IMG/VR virus record: IMGVR_UViG_3300028844_007948 | Location: 1 to 64,000 of that record | DNA: 64,000 bases | DNA from: a virus | Strand: one strand, 5' to 3' | Shown: positions 27,252 to 37,233 of the stretch, piece after piece | Layout of the letters: every line of letters starts with the position of its first letter | How positions within the stretch are numbered: position 1 is the first letter of the stretch | The notes under the pieces: model-generated | The model's input: only the letters and a program-made list of their open reading frames with translations | The model's database searches: none | What the model was told of the DNA's origin: nothing | Position numbers and translations under genes: made by a program

Positions 27252-29792
27252 ATGGCAACTACAATAGGAACGTTTCCCCAAGCATCGAGCAATACTAACA
27301 ATATAGGCGGCGATGAAAAAGTAATGGTGTTAACCATTAACACATCTGGATACGAAGACACCCATCAATGGCAACCAGGAAAACACAACGTTACAGTTGA
27401 ACACCCATTTGAGTATGGAACAGCGGGCCAGTGGGAGGGTGATAAATACTCAAACACCATAGTAATACCAATCTGGAGAGTTGGAGCAGCAGGAGTAACA
27501 ATAAATTGGGGAGATGGTCACTCAACAAATTTACCTGCAAATTGGGAGTGGACTGGAAGCAGTAATCATAATAATTTTTTTACAATTTGGAGAAATGCTG
27601 CAACAGGTGCAAACAATACTCAACAAATTATAGATGGTGGATATGAAAATTTAGTCCACAAATATTCAACTTCTGGCCAACATACAATTACAATAACTGG
27701 AGACGTTGAAAGATTTGGGGCATGGTTTGAACTCCACAATGAAGAACAGTTTCAACACTGGGGCAGTATTGGACCTGGAAGTTACAATGGAATTTATACG
27801 CGAAATTTATATAAGTATTCATGTTGCTTTTCATCAAGAGTAACTTCTATAGGGGAATTTCCTTTCTGGAATGATTGCGAATGGATATATCCTTTTATAT
27901 TATCAAATATCACGAGCTGGAATAAAAATTCAATTTTTAAAGGCTTTAAATGTATAGGTGGATTCGTTTCTCATATTGAAGACAGAGATAATGCTGGCAC
28001 TTATAAGTCTGCTGGTTTTGATGCAAGCTTTACATCTCAAGCTCCTGGCCCTTTTGATAATTGGACAGCGAGTAGTGATTATACTGAGCAAGTTTCAAAC
28101 GGACTTAAGCTTAGGACATGGTCTGGAGGTAGTTATGAATACTCTTATCTCGTCAAGTCTTTAGATTATGCACTTAGAGGTAGAAATAATTTCGCTTCAG
28201 AAGTTTATGACACCAATGGGCCGAATTTTCAGAATATAAGCACAGACCAGTGTGGGAGAATAAAATTTAATGGAGATTTATACTTAAAAAATTTGAGTAT
28301 ACCATCTGATGGATTTTATGGGAGGCTCGTCAGGGAAGTAAGTAACAATGATAAAAAAATTCAAATTGGAAAATTAGGCTTTACTCAATTTTACGAGTCT
28401 GATGATGCTATTCCTTATTCATGGATGAAATACGGTATAGATAATGCTTTATTCTCATTTGACGACGATTCTAGTTTAAATTTATCAGCGGGAGTTGTGC
28501 CGACTTGGCCTATCTTAGAAGCATTTAAGTCGGAGTTAGGATCAGTTAAATCAACAGAAGGCATAGATTCTTTTGATGAATTTTTCAAAGATGAAGTGGT
28601 TACTCAGGGAGATATAAATGCTTTAGCTGAGCTTTGTAAATTCAATCCTAACGCAAGTTTTAAAAGTATGTTTGAGAACGCTACATTTAGAACTGATATA
28701 GATATAGAGTCATGGGTTTTAAATGGTTCAGATTTAACAAACATGTTTAAGGGGGCTACGTTTGAAGCAGGAATAAAACTCCCCAAAATAGAAAATCCAG
28801 CGTCATTAGTAAGCTTTTTCGAGAATGCCACTGTAGCTGGAACGATAGAAGGTTTAGAAGGGTTAGTTTTAAGCGAAGCGACTAAAATAGAAAACATATT
28901 TAAAAATACAACTCTTTCTGGGGGTGGAATATCTAACATAGGAAACTGGAAAGGTATTGGTGAAGGCCAACTATTCAATCTTATTATAGAGCATCTGGAC
29001 AATATTAAAGATGGAAATCCCGACAATAAACTAGAGAGTTTTAGTACAGTGACAAATGATATTGTGTTACCAGGAGAATTAGATTTTATTTCAGAAATAA
29101 AAGATTGGTATAGAATAATGCCAAAACAGAGTGGAGATAATAAGAATGCGAATGGGGGTTATAGTTATAACCCAGCAAATATTAGTAAAATATATGAAGC
29201 CTATGGTTCGGGTGGAGCTAGAAATAGTTCAAATAATATAATCCCTAATTTTACTGAAGCTGGAAAATACGCATTTATTGTTGATACACAACTTTCTAAT
29301 AACTATACTACTCCTACTAGTGTGCAGGATGACAAAGATAGCCTTTTTGCTGGGTCTTACCCCTCTGTTTATGATTTAGCTCTATATAACACAGATGAAG
29401 AGTTGGATTTTAATAAAGACGAATCACTTTTAGTAAACGTAGATATTAATGATGCAAAAAAAATATCTAAATACTCGGCGGACGATGTAATTTCATACAG
29501 CTCATATCTTGCAAAAAATGTAGTATCAGACAGTTTTACAGCAGGAACTATAGCAAAGGACATAGGAAGAAGATCTTATATTGCTGTCATTGATGTAGAT
29601 AAATCTTTATATACAAAAACTAAGCTTTACTTGAGATTCAAAAGCGAAAATACCTGGTCATCAGGTGGGGTAGAAAATGCACAGGTTGATCTTGGTGAAG
29701 ATGTAAGAGTACAACTATACAATCCTCAGTGGAATGGGGCTTATAACGATTTACTCACCGCCCAAAAAGAAGCTGAAGATTCAGGAGTTTAA
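27252..29792 (+). CDS. PKD-like plus DUF285-like repeat protein (putative virion surface or fibre protein)
   Basis: INWGDG...HKYSTSGQHTITITG; repeats FKSMFENATF..DIESW, LTNMFKGATF, NIGNW. Confidence 0.65.
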   Translation: MATTIGTFPQASSNTNNIGGDEKVMVLTINTSGYEDTHQWQPGKHNVTVEHPFEYGTAGQWEGDKYSNTIVIPIWRVGAAGVTINWGDGHSTNLPANWEWTGSSNHNNFFTIWRNAATGANNTQQIIDGGYENLVHKYSTSGQHTITITGDVERFGAWFELHNEEQFQHWGSIGPGSYNGIYTRNLYKYSCCFSSRVTSIGEFPFWNDCEWIYPFILSNITSWNKNSIFKGFKCIGGFVSHIEDRDNAGTYKSAGFDASFTSQAPGPFDNWTASSDYTEQVSNGLKLRTWSGGSYEYSYLVKSLDYALRGRNNFASEVYDTNGPNFQNISTDQCGRIKFNGDLYLKNLSIPSDGFYGRLVREVSNNDKKIQIGKLGFTQFYESDDAIPYSWMKYGIDNALFSFDDDSSLNLSAGVVPTWPILEAFKSELGSVKSTEGIDSFDEFFKDEVVTQGDINALAELCKFNPNASFKSMFENATFRTDIDIESWVLNGSDLTNMFKGATFEAGIKLPKIENPASLVSFFENATVAGTIEGLEGLVLSEATKIENIFKNTTLSGGGISNIGNWKGIGEGQLFNLIIEHLDNIKDGNPDNKLESFSTVTNDIVLPGELDFISEIKDWYRIMPKQSGDNKNANGGYSYNPANISKIYEAYGSGGARNSSNNIIPNFTEAGKYAFIVDTQLSNNYTTPTSVQDDKDSLFAGSYPSVYDLALYNTDEELDFNKDESLLVNVDINDAKKISKYSADDVISYSSYLAKNVVSDSFTAGTIAKDIGRRSYIAVIDVDKSLYTKTKLYLRFKSENTWSSGGVENAQVDLGEDVRVQLYNPQWNGAYNDLLTAQKEAEDSGV

Positions 29793-29830
29793 TTAGAAAA
29801 ACATTCATTAGTTAATATAATATTCTACTA

Positions 29831-30670
29831 ATGAATGGATCAGGAAAAAGAGTCAAAGACTACCCTTTTATAGAAAAATCAGGGGTTAAGGTTTTAATGG
29901 ATATCTATTATCCTGAAAGTGATTTGGACGACAAGAAGCCGATATTAATATATTACCACGGCGGAGGCTGGGACAAGGGCGATAAAAATAAAATAGAAAT
30001 AGGCTTGTTTAAAAGAGTTTCTCGAAATTTGTTAAGTAAAGGTTTCGCTATTTGCTCAGTAGGATACAGGAAGGGAGATAAATATGCCATAAGAGATTGT
30101 GTGAGTGATTGTCAAGATGCGGTAAAATTTTTAGTTTCAAAAAAAGAGGTTATAGGTATAGACGAAAACAAAATATTTTTATTTGGAGACTCTGCGGGAG
30201 GTCAAATAGCAAAACTCATATCAATGATAAAATGTCCTGATTTCGATGAAGCAAAAAACTTCAAGGATGTAAAATATAGAATAAAAGCTTGTGCATGCTG
30301 GTATAGCCCAGTTGACTTTGGAAATATATCTTTAGACAGAAACCGCAGTAAAGACAGATTTGAACTAAGAATAATGAATAATTCAGACCCCAAGGATAAA
30401 GAGATTCGTTATAAAGAAATTAGTCCTATAAGACATATAAGCAAAGATGATCCAGAACTACTATTAGTACACGGAGAAAAGGATGCCGTTATATCATTTG
30501 CCCATTCAGAAATGATAAGAAATCATTATAAAAAAATAGGAAAAGAAGTAGAGCTATTAAAAATCAAGAATGCTGGGCATAACTTCAGGGAAGTCGAAGG
30601 TGATATATCCCCAAATAAAGATGATATAGTAAAAAAGACCGTTGACTTTTTTTTAAAAAACAAAAGTTAA
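29831..30670 (+). CDS. Alpha/beta hydrolase (HSL / BD-FAE-like esterase)
   Basis: HGGGW oxyanion motif, GDSAGG nucleophile, HGEKD, AGH. Confidence 0.92.
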   Translation: MNGSGKRVKDYPFIEKSGVKVLMDIYYPESDLDDKKPILIYYHGGGWDKGDKNKIEIGLFKRVSRNLLSKGFAICSVGYRKGDKYAIRDCVSDCQDAVKFLVSKKEVIGIDENKIFLFGDSAGGQIAKLISMIKCPDFDEAKNFKDVKYRIKACACWYSPVDFGNISLDRNRSKDRFELRIMNNSDPKDKEIRYKEISPIRHISKDDPELLLVHGEKDAVISFAHSEMIRNHYKKIGKEVELLKIKNAGHNFREVEGDISPNKDDIVKKTVDFFLKNKS

Positions 30671-30716
30671 AAGTAACTTTAAAAGTTAACTTTAGACTTT
30701 TGTTATAAAACGTGTA
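30662..30716 (+). promoter_or_regulatory. AAAGT/ACTTT palindromic repeats plus a GTGTA element upstream of the portal gene
   Basis: AAAGTAACTTT (30670-30680), perfect palindrome AAAGTTAACTTT (30682-30693), GTGTA at 30712-30716. Confidence 0.55.
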
Positions 30717-30724
30717 TTATACAT

Positions 30725-32761
30725 ATGATGAGTAAGAGAAAATACACAAAGAAGTCTGCCTACTGGAATAAGTTTTCAGTAGGCTCAAATTCTAACAAAG
30801 ATGGGGTGGAGTCCTTACTTCAAAATTCGGACATTAAACCTGTACTTGCTGGAGAGAATTATTATATATCAAATGCTTCTGCGTTTAGTGGTGGTTCGGG
30901 ATCTACATCTAGAAGAAAAAATTTCATATCATCATCTTCAAAAAATAATAGGTTTTCTAATATAAGACAGGGGACGCTACCTTATACTCCAAGCTCAGAT
31001 GGGGTTAATGTAAGAGATGCTATAGAATTATGCCAAAAAGCATATGCAAATGTTCCTATATTCAGGAATGCTATAGATATAATGGCCGAATTAGCTAACT
31101 CCAATATATGTGTTGAAGGCGGAAATGAAGCTTCAAAAAAGTTTGTTGAAAAATGGTTTTCGAAAATAAACTTATGGTCACTAAAAGATCAATTTTTCAG
31201 GGAATACTATAGGAGTGGAAATGTTTTCATGTATAGACTAGATGGTAAATTTTCAGCAGAAGACTTTGCTAAACTAAATAAAATTTATGGATCAAATCAT
31301 TTAAAAGAAGGAGAGATACCAATAAGATATGTATTACTGAACCCTTATGATATTGTGGCGAACAGAGCTACATCATTTAGAGGTAATGCGTATAAAAAGA
31401 TATTATCAGAATACGAGTTGGAAAAACTTCAAAACCCAAAGACTGAAGAGGATAAAGAAATATTCGATTCACTACCCGAAGATGTTAGAAAAAAGATAAA
31501 AACAGGGGGTTGGAGCGGAGATGGAGTTTCTATGGATCTTGATTCTTCAAAATTAATACATGCATTTTATAAAAAACAAGACTACGAACCATTTGCCATA
31601 CCTTTCGGTTTTCCTGTGCTAGATGACATAAACTGGAAGATGGAACTTAAAAAGGTTGACCAAGCGATAAGTAGGACTATAGAAAATGTAATTCTATTAA
31701 TAACCATGGGTACTGATCCCGATAAAGGAGGCATCAATCCTAATAACTTAAATGCAATGCAGTCTCTTTTTCAAAATGAAAGTGTTGGTAGAGTTTTAGT
31801 TTCTGATTATACAACCAAAGCAGAATTTATATTACCAGACATAAGCAAAGTAATTGGCCCAGAAAAATATAAGATAGTAAACGAAGATATAACTCAAGGC
31901 TTGCAAAATGTTATTGTCGGAGATGAAAAATACAAAAACACCCAAGTTAAAGCTGAAATTTTCTTAGAAAGATTAAAAGAAGCTAGACAGTCTTTTATGC
32001 ATAATTTTCTTCAGCCTCAAATTAAAATGGTTTGCAAGGCAATGGGTTTTAAAGTTTTCCCAACAGCAAAATTTGAAGAAATAGATATTAAAGATGAAGT
32101 TCAGCTGCAGAGAGTAGTCACTAGATTAATTGAAATGGGGATATTGACTCCAGAACAAGGAGTTAAAGCTATTAAAACAGGAATATACCCAGAAGAATCT
32201 GAAATCGAAAAAGCTCAAACTCATTATATAGAGAAAAGAAAAGAGGGAATGTATAATCCATTAGTTGGAGGGCTCCCTATGGTTGATGTAGATGGAGATG
32301 GCCAGGTAGATACTATACCCAGCTCTAGCGAAGAAACTAACTCTCCTGGTCCTTCTTCAAAAACCCCAACGCCAAAAGGATCAGGGAGACCAGTGGGAAG
32401 ACCTAGGGGAACCAAAGGTATACCAAGAACAGTAAATGCGGCGGAAGAGGAAATATATTCAAGAAAAGATATACAAGAAATTATATATAAAACTCAAGAC
32501 CTGGAAGATCATATAAAAAAATCTTTTGCAAAAAAAATGAATAAAGATTTAAGCGATGATCATTTAGAAATGTGCAAAGAGTTAACTAAAAGTATAGTTT
32601 TGGCGAAAGAGTCGAACCAATGGAAAAGATGCGCCAACTCTTGTATTAAAGATTATTCGAAGATAGAAAGTTTACCTGTATTAAAAAATATTTTAGACAT
32701 TTCTGAAGAAAAAGAGTTAGAGGTTTATGCAGCATCGTTACTTTATCACAGTAAAAAATAA
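30725..32761 (+). CDS. Portal protein
   Basis: AYANVPIFRNAIDIMAE, EYYRSGNVF, LNPYDI, YEPFAIPFGFPVLDDI; first gene of the head module. Confidence 0.85.
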   Translation: MMSKRKYTKKSAYWNKFSVGSNSNKDGVESLLQNSDIKPVLAGENYYISNASAFSGGSGSTSRRKNFISSSSKNNRFSNIRQGTLPYTPSSDGVNVRDAIELCQKAYANVPIFRNAIDIMAELANSNICVEGGNEASKKFVEKWFSKINLWSLKDQFFREYYRSGNVFMYRLDGKFSAEDFAKLNKIYGSNHLKEGEIPIRYVLLNPYDIVANRATSFRGNAYKKILSEYELEKLQNPKTEEDKEIFDSLPEDVRKKIKTGGWSGDGVSMDLDSSKLIHAFYKKQDYEPFAIPFGFPVLDDINWKMELKKVDQAISRTIENVILLITMGTDPDKGGINPNNLNAMQSLFQNESVGRVLVSDYTTKAEFILPDISKVIGPEKYKIVNEDITQGLQNVIVGDEKYKNTQVKAEIFLERLKEARQSFMHNFLQPQIKMVCKAMGFKVFPTAKFEEIDIKDEVQLQRVVTRLIEMGILTPEQGVKAIKTGIYPEESEIEKAQTHYIEKRKEGMYNPLVGGLPMVDVDGDGQVDTIPSSSEETNSPGPSSKTPTPKGSGRPVGRPRGTKGIPRTVNAAEEEIYSRKDIQEIIYKTQDLEDHIKKSFAKKMNKDLSDDHLEMCKELTKSIVLAKESNQWKRCANSCIKDYSKIESLPVLKNILDISEEKELEVYAASLLYHSKK

Positions 32762-32777
32762 CGTTTAACTTTTTTTT

Positions 32778-32782
32778 GTGTA
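32778..32782 (+). promoter_or_regulatory. GTGTA putative late-promoter element
   Basis: In the portal-protease intergenic gap. Confidence 0.6.
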
Positions 32783-32816
32783 ATATGCTTTGTACCAGTT
32801 CCTTCAATAAATAACT

Positions 32817-34436
32817 ATGTATAAATATAAAACATTTTTTTCAAGCGAAATACAGGCTTCTACTTTTTCAAAGGATCAGGGGGATAACATATCTAAAGCT
32901 TCCTTGGAGTCTCTGAAATCTTTAATGCCTAATAATATAGATTTAGAAGGTAATATAGATTTACTAGCTGTAGCATTTAATGCTGCGGTCGTAAATGTGT
33001 TCAATAAAAATCATGATGGAATAAATACCGAAACAGCCAAAGCGGTTTCTAAATATTTTATTCACAAGCCTACTAATATAGAACACAAGAAGCAAAAAGT
33101 AGTAGGGCATATTATATCTTCTGGTTATTCAAAATTTGGGACAAATGAAATAATTAAAGCTGAAGATATAGAAGATTCTTACGAACCTTTCAATATAGCA
33201 CTATCTGCATTAGTTTATAAAACAGTCAATTCAGACTTCGCAGATCTTATAGAGAAATCATCGAATCCAGAAGATGGAATGTATAATACAATTTCAGCGA
33301 GCTGGGAAATAGGATTCAATGATTATGCAATAGCAGTAGGGAGCAAAAATTTAAAAGAGGCTGAAATTATAACTGATAAAGTTCATAAAGAAGAATTAAA
33401 AAAATATTTAAAAGCTTTTGATGGAGAGGGATTAATGGATGATGGTACTGAAATTTATAGGCTAGTAGCTGGCGATGTATACCCTTTAGGGATTGGATTT
33501 ACCACCAATCCCGCAGCAAATGTAAAGGGCTTAGTGAATATAGATAAAAAAAAAGAAGAGGTAATACAAGACTCGGAAGCTCAGGAAAAACCAGAAAAAA
33601 TAGAAATTAATTTTAATGATTTTTTAAAAAAAATAATAAATATTAAAAAAAATTCTTCACATACGGAAAAAACGCATGTAATTTCAGACAAACCGAATTT
33701 AATTAAAACCGTTCAAAAAATGGAAACTAAAGAACTAATCGATCAACTCAAGGATACAATCTTAGCATCTAGCTCTGATAAGTTTTCTGAAGAAGCCGTC
33801 GCTAACATCGTTAAAGTAGTATCTGATGCTATCAGAGAAAAGAGCGATGTCTACGTACAAGAAAAGGCTGAATTAGAAAATGAAAAACAAGAAGCTGAAG
33901 CCGCTAAGTTGGAATCTGAAAATAAGATTAAAGAACTTGAGGAAAAATTAACAGCATCTGAAGGAATACTTTCGAAGATTCAAGCAGAGCAAGAAGAAGC
34001 AAAAAGACTTCAAATTTTCAATGATAGAATGAGCTCTATCGATGAGAGTTATGAGTTATCTGATGAAGATAGGAAAATCTTAGCTTCTGAAATTAAAGAT
34101 TTATCGAATGAAGATGAAGCTTTTGCAACATATAATGACAAGTTGCAAGTCATCTACAAGCACAAAAGCAAATCCTTTCTTGAAGAACAAGAAAAAGCTT
34201 TTAATGAAAAAGTTCTAGCAGAAGTAGAAAAAAGAATATCTTCAACTACTGAAGCATCTGAAGCAACCGAATCAGCAGAAGAAGTTGTAGAAGATCAAGT
34301 AGAAGAAGTTCTTGAAAACGTTGAATCAAGCGAGGACATTTCCTCAAACAACGGAGAGTCTACAGAAAAAGAACTATCTTTAGCCGATAAATTTAAATCA
34401 GCTTTCACCAAAGAATCCATAACAATTAAATACTAA
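32817..34436 (+). CDS. Prohead protease-scaffold fusion
   Basis: N-terminal NKNHDG, KPTNIEH...VVGHI, ISASWEI, GIGFTTNPAA (herpes/HK97-like protease fold); acidic coiled-coil C-terminal half. Confidence 0.8.
   Translation: MYKYKTFFSSEIQASTFSKDQGDNISKASLESLKSLMPNNIDLEGNIDLLAVAFNAAVVNVFNKNHDGINTETAKAVSKYFIHKPTNIEHKKQKVVGHIISSGYSKFGTNEIIKAEDIEDSYEPFNIALSALVYKTVNSDFADLIEKSSNPEDGMYNTISASWEIGFNDYAIAVGSKNLKEAEIITDKVHKEELKKYLKAFDGEGLMDDGTEIYRLVAGDVYPLGIGFTTNPAANVKGLVNIDKKKEEVIQDSEAQEKPEKIEINFNDFLKKIINIKKNSSHTEKTHVISDKPNLIKTVQKMETKELIDQLKDTILASSSDKFSEEAVANIVKVVSDAIREKSDVYVQEKAELENEKQEAEAAKLESENKIKELEEKLTASEGILSKIQAEQEEAKRLQIFNDRMSSIDESYELSDEDRKILASEIKDLSNEDEAFATYNDKLQVIYKHKSKSFLEEQEKAFNEKVLAEVEKRISSTTEASEATESAEEVVEDQVEEVLENVESSEDISSNNGESTEKELSLADKFKSAFTKESITIKY
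33656..33684 (+). promoter_or_regulatory. Internal promoter TTCACAT-N13-ATGTAATTT
   Basis: Same two boxes and spacing as at 41346-41374 upstream of the tail tube gene. Confidence 0.65.
33720..34436 (+). CDS. Putative nested in-frame scaffolding protein (238 aa)
   Basis: In-frame ATG (METKELIDQ) just downstream of the internal promoter, at the start of the coiled-coil region. Confidence 0.6.
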   Translation: METKELIDQLKDTILASSSDKFSEEAVANIVKVVSDAIREKSDVYVQEKAELENEKQEAEAAKLESENKIKELEEKLTASEGILSKIQAEQEEAKRLQIFNDRMSSIDESYELSDEDRKILASEIKDLSNEDEAFATYNDKLQVIYKHKSKSFLEEQEKAFNEKVLAEVEKRISSTTEASEATESAEEVVEDQVEEVLENVESSEDISSNNGESTEKELSLADKFKSAFTKESITIKY

Positions 34437-34442
34437 TAAACC

Positions 34443-35120
34443 ATGGCACACAGACTATTACCTTTTAGACAGTACGACGAGAATGACGTAGTCAATCTCT
34501 TCTCCCTGGACGCTAAGACCTTGAGTTCAGACCTCAAGCTCATGAAGCCAGGCGACGATGATATTAACGCAGACGGAGTTCTTGTTTCCGTAACCAACGG
34601 AAACATGACTGAGAACGATGTTATTGAACTTGGCGAAGACAGCAGATTCGCAAACAACTATAGTTCTCCAGTAGGTCGCAATCCTTATCCTACCAATCCT
34701 CTCAAAGTTGCTCCTGCAGCTTCTGGAGTTAATCCTCTTGGTGTTACTCTTAATCAAACTCTTGCAGTTGACGAGAATGGAGAAAGCTTGCTTTTCAATC
34801 CAATCAAGAAAGACGAGCTTCAAGCTGTTCTTTCTGGTCAAACCGTTCCAGTTTTAGGAAAGGGCATTATTACTGTGCATGAAAATGCCACACATGTAGG
34901 CGCAATTGGAGCTGAAGAAGCAATAATTGGATCAAATGTAATCTGCGGAGGAGAAGGTAAATTCGCATTCTTGGCGGCTCAAGCTGCTGGTGCCAGAACT
35001 CAGAGGATCGGAAAATTGATAGCTACTGGTCACAGAGGCGGAGGACAAGCGAACAGATCTCCAGGGGTCAACGCTGACTTCCAGAGCGGTACCTACTATG
35101 TAATTAATCTAGATTGCTAA
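34443..35120 (+). CDS. Capsid decoration/cement protein
   Basis: Between scaffold and MCP; RLLPFRQYDENDVVNLF, PLGVTL, VLSGQTVPV..KG beta-tulip-like pattern; codon use typical of highly expressed genes. Confidence 0.65.
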   Translation: MAHRLLPFRQYDENDVVNLFSLDAKTLSSDLKLMKPGDDDINADGVLVSVTNGNMTENDVIELGEDSRFANNYSSPVGRNPYPTNPLKVAPAASGVNPLGVTLNQTLAVDENGESLLFNPIKKDELQAVLSGQTVPVLGKGIITVHENATHVGAIGAEEAIIGSNVICGGEGKFAFLAAQAAGARTQRIGKLIATGHRGGGQANRSPGVNADFQSGTYYVINLDC

Positions 35121-35150
35121 AATATTAACATTTAACATATAAGTTTTAAA

Positions 35151-36197
35151 ATGAATATTACACTAAAGAGAACCGACGAGCAAATCGAACTAGTCAAGGC
35201 TATGGCCTCCAAGGACAGAGCTGTTTCTTATGAAGCACAACAAGCTCTCGCTGCCTTTATCGGGCCTGTATTGGCTGAGGTAGTAGATAACGCTCCCACT
35301 TTAAGTAACCTGTTTTCCGCTTTTCAATTCGCTGCTGATGACAATCCAAGTATCCCTTTGGATCTTTATCATGATGTAACTGACGACGAGTATATCAAGG
35401 TTTACACTTCTAACACTGCTGGTGGTCTTCCTTCCAGTCATGTTACTCCCACCCATAGTGAGTTAAAGCTCGCTACTTACAGGTTGGAAAGTGCCATTGA
35501 CTTTGATAAGCGTTATGCATCACGTTCAAGACTTGATGTCGTGAGTAAGAGCATGTCTAGACTTGCTCAGGAAATTATGCTTCAACAAGAAGCTGCTTCC
35601 GCAAGCTTGATCATGGGCACCATCTCTGACAACGAGAACAAGTGCTATACCACGACTGAGGTTGGCGCCACTCTTGATATGGACGACTTTAATGCCCTTC
35701 TTACCAAGGCCAAAAGAAACAATCCTGCATGGAATGCTGGTACTCCTGAGCGTAGCCGTGGAATTACCGATCTTATTGTTTCTCCAGAGGTTGTTCAACA
35801 ATTGAGATCTTTTGCTTACAATCCAATTTCAACCACGGGTGATTTTATTCCTGCTAGCGATGCTACAAGAAACACCTTGTTCTCACAAGCTGGAATGACT
35901 GAGTTCTTTGGAATTTCCATCATGGAGATTTACGAGCTAGGACCAAACCAAAAATACCAACAAGTAGCTAAAAAGCTAATTGGCGGTCATGCTACAAATG
36001 ATTTCGCTCTTGCTCTTGACAGAAGTCGTGAGTCTATGCTTCGTGCAGTTGCTGTTGATGCTGAGTCAGGAACTTCCTTGACTGTTAATGCTGACGATCA
36101 GTACGTTACCAGACAAAAGAAGATCGGTTACTATACCGAACTTGAAGAAGGTCGTACTATCATCAACGATAGCGCAATCATCGGTTTGGGTATCTAA
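35151..36197 (+). CDS. Major capsid protein
   Basis: 348 aa at the end of the head operon, followed by a strong terminator; HK97-like features (TDLIVSPE, EFFGISI, KIGYY..LEEGR). Confidence 0.82.
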   Translation: MNITLKRTDEQIELVKAMASKDRAVSYEAQQALAAFIGPVLAEVVDNAPTLSNLFSAFQFAADDNPSIPLDLYHDVTDDEYIKVYTSNTAGGLPSSHVTPTHSELKLATYRLESAIDFDKRYASRSRLDVVSKSMSRLAQEIMLQQEAASASLIMGTISDNENKCYTTTEVGATLDMDDFNALLTKAKRNNPAWNAGTPERSRGITDLIVSPEVVQQLRSFAYNPISTTGDFIPASDATRNTLFSQAGMTEFFGISIMEIYELGPNQKYQQVAKKLIGGHATNDFALALDRSRESMLRAVAVDAESGTSLTVNADDQYVTRQKKIGYYTELEEGRTIINDSAIIGLGI

Positions 36198-36217
36198 AAA
36201 TACTCAATTGAGTTTAG

Positions 36218-36254
36218 AAAACGCGGTAGCTTTCGAGTTACCGCGTTTTTTTTT
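36218..36254 (+). terminator. Rho-independent terminator
   Basis: AAAACGCGGTAGCT-TTCG-AGTTACCGCGTTTT followed by a T-run. Confidence 0.92.
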
Positions 36255-36286
36255 GGATTTTTTTTGATGAAAAAGTATAATATATT

Positions 36287-36305
36287 GTGTAGATATATTG
36301 TACAC
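36287..36305 (+). promoter_or_regulatory. GTGTA element with an inverted copy
   Basis: GTGTA(36287-36291)-N9-TACAC(36301-36305), upstream of the ATG at 36326. Confidence 0.6.
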
Positions 36306-36325
36306 ATGCCAACCATTTAAATATC

Positions 36326-36718
36326 ATGCCTAGAAAAAAAACAACCACCACAAAGAAAAGAGTAAAGAAGGAAATAGAATTTGCAGACGGCAAAGTTGAA
36401 GACGAAAAACACGCTCTATCTAAAGACATAGAAGAAATTTTAATGCCATCGAAAAATCCTTTCGGAACAAACTCTCAGGAAGAATTAGATGAAAGCCTGG
36501 AGGGAATGAACCTCAGGCAAATGCAAGAACTTGCGGTAAAGGCTAGTGTATTTCCTTCTGGGAACAAAACCACTCTTAAGAGAAAAATTAAAAAAGAATT
36601 TTCAGTAAAATTTGGAACTAAAGATGGGTCTAGGAAGTACAACTTCCCAACAGAATCCCCGCTGGTAAAAGACGAACAAGTTGCAAAAAGCGTACTAGAA
36701 ATATTAAATAAAAGATGA
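36326..36718 (+). CDS. Hypothetical protein (possible Rho_N/SAP-like helical motif)
   Basis: LEGMNLRQMQELAVKASV...KTTLKRKIKKEF. Confidence 0.7.
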   Translation: MPRKKTTTTKKRVKKEIEFADGKVEDEKHALSKDIEEILMPSKNPFGTNSQEELDESLEGMNLRQMQELAVKASVFPSGNKTTLKRKIKKEFSVKFGTKDGSRKYNFPTESPLVKDEQVAKSVLEILNKR

Positions 36719-37233
36719 GCTATAGCTTTGACCATTCGGTCAATGAAATCGGCAACTTAGCATCAGGAATATACAAATTTGATTTCGACGAAAATAGTCA
36801 ATTTGTAAACCCTAGTTATCTTTCTGGTTGGTTGCAGAATAATATTGGCGAACTAAATGTTCTTACCCACACTAATTATAGTGGGGTGAATCCTGGCATG
36901 GGAAGCCAAGAACAAAGTATATATAGGCATATCTTTTTACGCGATTACTACAAGAAGTTGGGAAGAAAAGCTTTATTAGGGGTGAGTTATATTCCTTCAT
37001 CTCAATCAGGATCAGGAGAAGTTGTAACATCAGATTGGACAGAACTAAGAGAAGGAGATAGTGTAATTAAGAGGAAGGCTATGCTAGCAAGTCCTTCAGA
37101 AAAAATCACCACATCAAGGCAATACACCCAGCTTTCTAATGAATCAGCAAATGAATTAGAAAAATTATTATACAAGTATAATATATCAAAAGGCGGGCCA
37201 AGGCAGGTAGCAGGAAAAGACTCTCCTGCTTAA
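36715..37233 (+). CDS. Putative head-tail adaptor
   Basis: Position after the MCP; WTELREGDSVIKR beta-hairpin typical of adaptors. Confidence 0.55.
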   Translation: MSYSFDHSVNEIGNLASGIYKFDFDENSQFVNPSYLSGWLQNNIGELNVLTHTNYSGVNPGMGSQEQSIYRHIFLRDYYKKLGRKALLGVSYIPSSQSGSGEVVTSDWTELREGDSVIKRKAMLASPSEKITTSRQYTQLSNESANELEKLLYKYNISKGGPRQVAGKDSPA

